Assembly (NCBI GenBank): GCA_019057475.1
Contig: DXJO01000018.1
Span: 32,001-96,000 of the forward strand
DNA from: Candidatus Thorarchaeota archaeon
Lineage (GTDB): Archaea; Asgardarchaeota; Thorarchaeia; Thorarchaeales; Thorarchaeaceae
Direction of reading: 5' to 3'
Length of the DNA stretch: 64,000 nucleotides
Part shown: positions 58,654-64,000 of the stretch, piece after piece
Numbering within the stretch: position 1 is the stretch's first letter
Layout: every line of letters starts with the position of its first letter
Program-made: the position numbers and the translations under genes
Notes under the pieces: generated by a model
The model's database searches: none
What the model saw: only the letters and a program-made list of their open reading frames with translations
What the model was told of the DNA's origin: nothing

Positions 58654-59847
58654 ATGCATCAATACAACCTCCTAGCTACTGTAGATATTTCCAGAGTAGC
58701 AGACACCTTCGCCCGAAATCAACTACCTAACATAGTTCTTGTTGGAAGAGAGATTCTATTACTTGAAAGGATGCGTCGCAGTGAGAAAGATGCAACCCTC
58801 TCGAAGAAAATGATTAGTCTTCACGCAAGTCATTTGAATTTAGACCAATTGCAATATCGACTAAGCTTGCAGGTTTTCCAGGACTTTCGAATGATTTCCT
58901 CATATGATGAATCAAAATTCCAATTAGAATACACAATATCCAAAGAAGTCTATGATTATGGCTACAAACGATTAGAAGGAATCGCTTCTGCAAGAGAACT
59001 AAGATTGGTTGATTATGTTGCTAGATCAATGAAGAAGCCCCAAGATATGAGTGAATTGGATGAGATTATTGATACATTCGACAAAGAATTCAGAGCGGGT
59101 TTGAAAGCTTTTGTCATTGAAACAGTAATGTCCCCGATTTTTGCAAAGAAAGAAGAGTATGCTGTGTCTTCAAGAATTTTCCGTGAAAAGAAAATCTTCA
59201 AGGAAGCAATGGATATTCTAGATGCAAATGAAGTTGGGACAATAATATCAACTCTTCAGAATAATCCTGGACTTCCTGCCCAAGAAACAGCTAAACGATT
59301 AAACCTTAAACCTTCTGATCTAGATTTACTTAGCAAATCTGGAGTAATCGATCCTTTAAATCTCACTATCTCTGGAAACACCAAAACCTATCTTTTCGGA
59401 GCCGACCTTCTTTGTGAGAAGACCAATCAAGATCATCTTGATCTTGTAAAAATGACTCTTGCTAATTTTAGGTATGCTGAACATTACTCAATGATTGCTC
59501 GCCTTCGGAGTTTGGAGAAGTTTTTCAGCTATCTACTTGATCATGGATACGCAGGAAGAGCAACCCCCATTTTGACGGATTATACTAATTTGGAAACAAC
59601 TGGTGTTCTTAGAGTGCAGAAGCTATCTGATGGGAAAGGCAGATTCTGGCTACTAAAACGTGATGTGATTCAGGATGCGTTGGATGTAATCGAAGGTTAT
59701 ACCCCTTTTCACATCGGTCCCCGCGAGGAGGGTCTATCAAGATTGGATGATGTAATTACATCTCGTATTGCTATCAAGGTGAAAGAAAGGGACACTCAGA
59801 AACGTGTAGCTGATGCAAAGCGAGAGATTGAGGAGGGTATGGTATGA
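58654..59847 (+). CDS. Hypothetical multi-winged-helix-like protein, coupled to the downstream nuclease
   Basis: 397 aa; LQNNPGLPAQETAKRLNL...LSKSGVI HTH; ATPILTDYTNLETTGVLRV; ATGA overlap; AT-rich. Confidence 0.75.
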   Translation: MHQYNLLATVDISRVADTFARNQLPNIVLVGREILLLERMRRSEKDATLSKKMISLHASHLNLDQLQYRLSLQVFQDFRMISSYDESKFQLEYTISKEVYDYGYKRLEGIASARELRLVDYVARSMKKPQDMSELDEIIDTFDKEFRAGLKAFVIETVMSPIFAKKEEYAVSSRIFREKKIFKEAMDILDANEVGTIISTLQNNPGLPAQETAKRLNLKPSDLDLLSKSGVIDPLNLTISGNTKTYLFGADLLCEKTNQDHLDLVKMTLANFRYAEHYSMIARLRSLEKFFSYLLDHGYAGRATPILTDYTNLETTGVLRVQKLSDGKGRFWLLKRDVIQDALDVIEGYTPFHIGPREEGLSRLDDVITSRIAIKVKERDTQKRVADAKREIEEGMV

Positions 59848-60902
59848 AATCACACGAACTGCTACAGGCACTAAAACCAGAGTTAGAAGTAGCAGATTTG
59901 TTCAGACGGCTTGGCTATTTTACGCGAGCCCATATAGATCTCTATCCTTCCGATACTTTTAGTAAGGTTTCAGATATTGATGTTTTTGGAATCCGATTTG
60001 ATGCACAACTCACCCCATCAAGAATTGTTGCTGAGGTTAAGAAAAACGAATGTGGTACAACTAATATTCTCAAGTTACATGGATTAGGGTCATATCTAGG
60101 TCGCTGTGATTGCTACTTTATTACCGGGGGAGGGAGTACGCACTGTCGTAGGGTTGCTCGTGAACTTGACATTCGGGTCGCTTCTCGTGAGAAAATTATC
60201 AGCGTAGTTGGAAAAGCACCAAGTGGATTTATTGCATCAAATCCAAAATCAATTGCCACTACATTCTCCCATCTCGAGGTGCTTAAGAAGAAAATTGATC
60301 GAGATCTCTATTGGCGGTATTTCTATCTCTGGCTTGAAAAAGACCCATATCAAAGATTATACCATCAACAAGATTTGTTTGAGTCCGCTTTAGAACATTT
60401 GGAATCTGATGAAACCCAAGCAGCTGCGAAATGGTTCAGACGCGAGTTGTTTTTACTATCTCAAATCAGCATTATGGAAGTTGCATCGGATTGCGTTGGA
60501 GTCCCTGATACAATAATTAAAAGCTATATTGAAGGCAGATTCATGAATTTAGGAACTCCAAGAAAAAGCAAGGAGAAGATTAAATCTGGAGTTGAAAAAC
60601 TGCTTTCTATCATTGATGAATTAAGTGGGAATAAGATAGAGTTTCCTGAAATTGAGATATTACCTCGATATCTACCAACATTGACAAAATTAATTCAATT
60701 TGTTTTAACCTCAGCTCGTTTTGCTCAACAATATTTACTCAGAAACAATGAACTAAACCTGCTTATGCTAGATGGAAAAGATATCGACATATCAAAAATG
60801 GTTAGCCCAGAACAGATAAAGTACATCCGCGAGTTCAATGATTTACTTGGACGAGTTATGCATAACGGACCTATCAAAGATGATTTTCGAAATTTCCTTT
60901 GA
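59844..60902 (+). CDS. PD-(D/E)XK (Mrr/HJR-like) nuclease with helical C-terminal domain
   Basis: ELEVADLFRRLGY...SDIDVFG...VAEVKK. Confidence 0.78.
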   Translation: MKSHELLQALKPELEVADLFRRLGYFTRAHIDLYPSDTFSKVSDIDVFGIRFDAQLTPSRIVAEVKKNECGTTNILKLHGLGSYLGRCDCYFITGGGSTHCRRVARELDIRVASREKIISVVGKAPSGFIASNPKSIATTFSHLEVLKKKIDRDLYWRYFYLWLEKDPYQRLYHQQDLFESALEHLESDETQAAAKWFRRELFLLSQISIMEVASDCVGVPDTIIKSYIEGRFMNLGTPRKSKEKIKSGVEKLLSIIDELSGNKIEFPEIEILPRYLPTLTKLIQFVLTSARFAQQYLLRNNELNLLMLDGKDIDISKMVSPEQIKYIREFNDLLGRVMHNGPIKDDFRNFL

Positions 60903-61208
60903 TATTGTCCCGTCAGCAATTGGGCTTGCAATGTAGTACTGGTTTCTGAATGCACTATAGGTAGTCCACGTCACAAGATCGGATTGATGAAGACGGCTCT
61001 ATCGAGTCTTTCCAATCGTGCCAAAGGACTGAGATTTGTAGGCGTTGTATTCACAAGTAAGTCGACAAGTGATCCAGAGCGCCAAGGAGCTCTCAAAGAT
61101 CATGTAATCACAAGGGATGCATCGGATATCAAGTCGCTAGTGCAAATGGCCGCTGAAGCACCTAATCCAAGAAAGGTATATGCTTGGTTAGGACTTGACG
61201 TAGCCTGA
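60903..61208 (+). pseudogene. C-terminal remnant of a restriction-endonuclease-like gene
   Basis: Open frame YCPVSN...VVLVSECTIGSPRHKIGLM...; no start for the catalytic part. Confidence 0.45.
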
Positions 61209-61263
61209 TTGGAATAACCGAGTCAAATTTAGTCTGTCCGCTGAGATGTCAAGGAATGCAATT

Positions 61264-62048
61264 TCAATGGGTAGCATTTCTTAGTAGGTGCTCAATCCTG
61301 GAAATAAGCCCTTCATAGTCTGCTATTCTGTCCTCTGGCTCCTCCTCATCTCCGAAGTACGCCTTCACAGTTCCTCTGATCTGTCTTTCAGCGTAATCGA
61401 GTGTTTCTTCAACGTCATTTCGAGTGGGCACTGTCACCAGTATCCAGCTGTATACCTGATCGCCTGTCTTATCAGATCGAGCACTGAGCTGAATCTCTGG
61501 CTTGAACTTCAGTACAGGACAGACCAACTTTTCTTCATCCATCTCAAGATAGCTGCCAGCTCGGATTGCCCTCAGGCCTAGCTCCCTCGCGATTTGTCGG
61601 CTCTCTCTGAACACTATGCCCTCTCTAGTCGTGGGGTCTGGAACGAACTCAAGCGTGAACTCGCACCATGTATTTCCGAGAGATGCGCTTTCTGCCGACA
61701 ACATTGCAGATATTTCCGAGTCGCCAAGCCCAGTCCAGACTAGATCTCTTCGGATATGATGACCTCTAGCACATCAGAGGTTGTGGTTCCGCCAGTTGAC
61801 ACTATATTGAGTCTGCATTCCTCTTGTTGAAGGCGTTCCAGTAACTCACGAGATACTGTTTCCTTCTCGCACACGAAGATAAGGCTGCGTCTTGCAGTGA
61901 CCTCTTTTTTGGTATCTCTGCCGACTAGAAACGGTCTGTCCGCTCTCTCACACACAGCCTTTGGTTTTGCCCATATGTTCAAGGTTTCGCTTTGGATTCC
62001 GTCGTAACTAAATAACACGAAGCGGACTGATGAGGGAGAATCATGCAA
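61264..62048 (-). pseudogene. Hypothetical gene split by a probable 1-bp deletion near 61745
   Basis: ORFs 61740-62048 and 61264-61704 join as EVIISEE-DLVWTGLGDSEISAML if one G is restored. Confidence 0.5.
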
Positions 62049-62150
62049 CTAGATCCTAGAGCGCGAAAGACATATCTGGTCATCACTGACAAGGGGCGAC
62101 GTGTGGCGCAGAAGATCAGGGAGATTCAGGAGATCCTCGAGGATCCCTAG
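62043..62150 (+). pseudogene. C-terminal wing/helix remnant of a MarR/wHTH regulator
   Basis: RKTYLVITDKGRRVAQKIREIQEIL. Confidence 0.45.
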
Positions 62151-62211
62151 CAAACGATAACACAGAAGAAAGACGCCTGAGTGTCAATATGGGTTCTGTG
62201 GGAGTGATCAT

Positions 62212-62880
62212 GTGAAAGATACCGTCGAGATGGACTCACTCGGATTCCGTAGATGGCAGGACGAGTTAAGGCAAAGATTGTTTTCAACAGAGAAGGGAAT
62301 CCGAGTCCTGCTGGCGTTTGCAGGCCTACTAGGGTTTGTAGCAAGCTCGAGCGAGTTGTGGCTGACATCTTCGCTTTCATTCTTCTCTAGAATTCCTGAT
62401 TTGCCAGATGGGCTCTTGACCCCGGTCATTCTATTCTTTGTGCTCGTTATTCTCTATTGTGAGAACTGGAAAAGGATTTGTGAGCGGTGGGATTGGAAAT
62501 CAGGTATTGGGTATGGTCTGATCAGTGCAGGAGGGGATGTTCTAATCATGTGTCTGGTGACTTATGGGCTCTATCTAGGCATCGGAGAGTTGACGAGTGT
62601 GACTCTCCCCATATCATGGAAATTGTTATATCTTGCAGTCCCGCTGTCAATAGGGGAGTTCGCCTTGACCTCGATGATTTCTAACCTCTTGCAGAAAATC
62701 ATCTCTCTTGAAAAGGAAATTGATGAGGCTGGTAGAAGTTTGCAGGAGTTAGGTCAACGGGCAAGTAGAATCCCTCAGGAGGATCTGCGTACTTCTGAGC
62801 GCAGCCAGATAATCCGCGATTTTGTGAAGGACACTTCAGAACAACAGGGGGGGGAAGATGATGACAAAGAATCAGGCTGA
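62212..62880 (+). CDS. Hypothetical 4-TM membrane protein with C-terminal coiled coil
   Basis: Four hydrophobic segments, then LQKIISLEKEIDEA; overlaps the next gene. Confidence 0.7.
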   Translation: MKDTVEMDSLGFRRWQDELRQRLFSTEKGIRVLLAFAGLLGFVASSSELWLTSSLSFFSRIPDLPDGLLTPVILFFVLVILYCENWKRICERWDWKSGIGYGLISAGGDVLIMCLVTYGLYLGIGELTSVTLPISWKLLYLAVPLSIGEFALTSMISNLLQKIISLEKEIDEAGRSLQELGQRASRIPQEDLRTSERSQIIRDFVKDTSEQQGGEDDDKESG

Positions 62881-64000
62881 AGAAATCGAAGAAACGATTG
62901 CAAATTTGGTGCGAATGGTTGAAAAGCTGAAGAGTCAAGGCATTACGATCCAAAGCGATGTCATGGCCAAGATCCTCTCACGTATTGAGATTCTAGAGGG
63001 CAAGTTGAGATCTCTTGATACGTCTAGCGTTGATATGCAGAAGGCGATGGAGGAGATTCTTCCCAGGTTCGAGAAAATGGAAGTCGACTTCGGGAAATGT
63101 AGGGCCGTGTGTGAGCTAGGACAGGTGAAAAGGCCCTCGGGGAAGACCAAGAAGCTCTTTTCGAAACTGGATAAGCTTGCGAAGAAGGGCTCCATAGCCA
63201 AGGCTATCGATCTTGCCCAGGAATATCGTATCGAGTTTAAACAAGACCCTACTTTCTGGTACTATTTTGGGACCCTACACCTAGCCAATGACAATCCAAC
63301 GGAAGCTCTCAACTTCTTCGACAAGTCGGTGAAGCTAGACCCGGAGATGTTTGAGCCTCATTGTAGTTCTGTTATGGCATTGGCCGATCTTGACCGCCTA
63401 GACGACGCCAAATCGTACATTGTCAACTTGATAAAGAGCCATCCGATTCCGCCCTGCCATGGATTCTATAGTTTCGTTGGAAACATCCTGTGGAGAAAGG
63501 GATCCGTTGATGATGTGAACCAGATTGTTGAGAGTGTTACTCATCCACTGAAACCAGGCTGCACTCCATGTATCAAGGCCTTTCTGTACCTCAGTGTAAA
63601 GGAGGGGCAAAAGGCCCTTGATGCGTTGAAGGACGTCGAGGGAGTAAAATGTCCGGAATACAGACTGGTTCGTGCTGCTGCGCTAGGTAAGGCCGGACAT
63701 GCTGATGACTTTGTCGCTGAGATTGAATCCGTCAAACTGAAATTCGAGATTGACCCAATGATGTACCTTGTTCTGACACAGGCCATAAAAAGCTTCGATT
63801 CGAAAAGCCAGTGTGAAACCTTGAAGACCTTTGCAATGAAGATTATGAAGAAGATCAAGTGGAGAAAGGTGCTTGAGCCAAAAGGCAGACTGTTGGAGGC
63901 CGCAGCATACAAATCCTACAATCTGCGGTGTCCTGATGTGGACTTTCGTCTTCGTTTGCTCAAAGAAGCCGCAAAGCATCACGATTGTCCAGCCCTGCGC
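62858..64000 (+). CDS. TPR-containing protein (runs off window end)
   Basis: Not in the ORF track; manual translation open for 381 codons; N-terminal coiled coil, then FWYYFGTLHLANDNPTEALNFFDKSVKLDP TPR. Confidence 0.8.
   Translation, partial: MMTKNQAEEIEETIANLVRMVEKLKSQGITIQSDVMAKILSRIEILEGKLRSLDTSSVDMQKAMEEILPRFEKMEVDFGKCRAVCELGQVKRPSGKTKKLFSKLDKLAKKGSIAKAIDLAQEYRIEFKQDPTFWYYFGTLHLANDNPTEALNFFDKSVKLDPEMFEPHCSSVMALADLDRLDDAKSYIVNLIKSHPIPPCHGFYSFVGNILWRKGSVDDVNQIVESVTHPLKPGCTPCIKAFLYLSVKEGQKALDALKDVEGVKCPEYRLVRAAALGKAGHADDFVAEIESVKLKFEIDPMMYLVLTQAIKSFDSKSQCETLKTFAMKIMKKIKWRKVLEPKGRLLEAAAYKSYNLRCPDVDFRLRLLKEAAKHHDCPALR

Larger units (their letters stand above)
43597..64000. mobile_element. 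Decaying integrated plasmid/satellite-like element or defence island (boundaries approximate; right end not in the window)
   Basis: D5/P4 helicase operon, inverted iteron array, nuclease/Abi genes, patchy GC, many pseudogenes; no integrase seen. Confidence 0.6.

Noticed and set aside
187-63982. Most short ORFs in the track (e.g. 20496-21041, 43315-43698, 50558-50839, 63541-63912)
   Set aside because: Antisense or out-of-frame shadows of well-supported genes, with no motifs
1-64000. rRNA, tRNA, CRISPR arrays, transposases, integrases
   Set aside because: None recognised by eye; tRNAscan-SE or Infernal would be needed to exclude small RNAs

Overview
Archaeal genomic DNA of roughly 50% GC, most likely from an Asgard archaeon of the Thorarchaeia type. 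This is an inference from a Rab-like GTPase, 22-aa 'IDLxPL' LRRs, an archaeal protein-disulfide oxidoreductase, DUF22, an MtmB homologue and C-terminally anchored surface proteins. Four zones: (1) 1-11.7 kb housekeeping: pmbA/tldD, Rab-like GTPase, radical SAM, ICMT-family, GIFT/GATase-like surface protein and a TusA/DsrEFH sulfur relay. (2) 11.8-32.1 kb catabolic island: Opp-type ABC transporter with a fused OppBC permease, class-III aminotransferase, two paralogous M28 hydrolases, nitrilase-family and M20 amidohydrolases, corrinoid protein plus a pyrrolysine-free MtmB homologue, and an RHH-type regulator. Four promoters here share one array of TGTTCA-like boxes at offsets 0/10/20/41, which suggests an undescribed regulon for demethylating and degrading an N-methylated compound. 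(3) 32.3-43.6 kb redox/signalling genes with one AT-rich inserted SDR. (4) 43.6 kb to the end: a decaying integrated mobile element or defence island. It carries a D5/P4-type SF3 helicase with an inverted-iteron origin candidate inside the gene, HsdR_N-like and AbiTii-like genes, a wHTH/PLD-like module flanked by 48-bp palindrome-containing direct repeats, a wHTH + PD-(D/E)XK nuclease pair and several pseudogenes. No rRNA, tRNA, CRISPR array or integrase was seen. All family calls come from motif recognition by eye; no searches were run.
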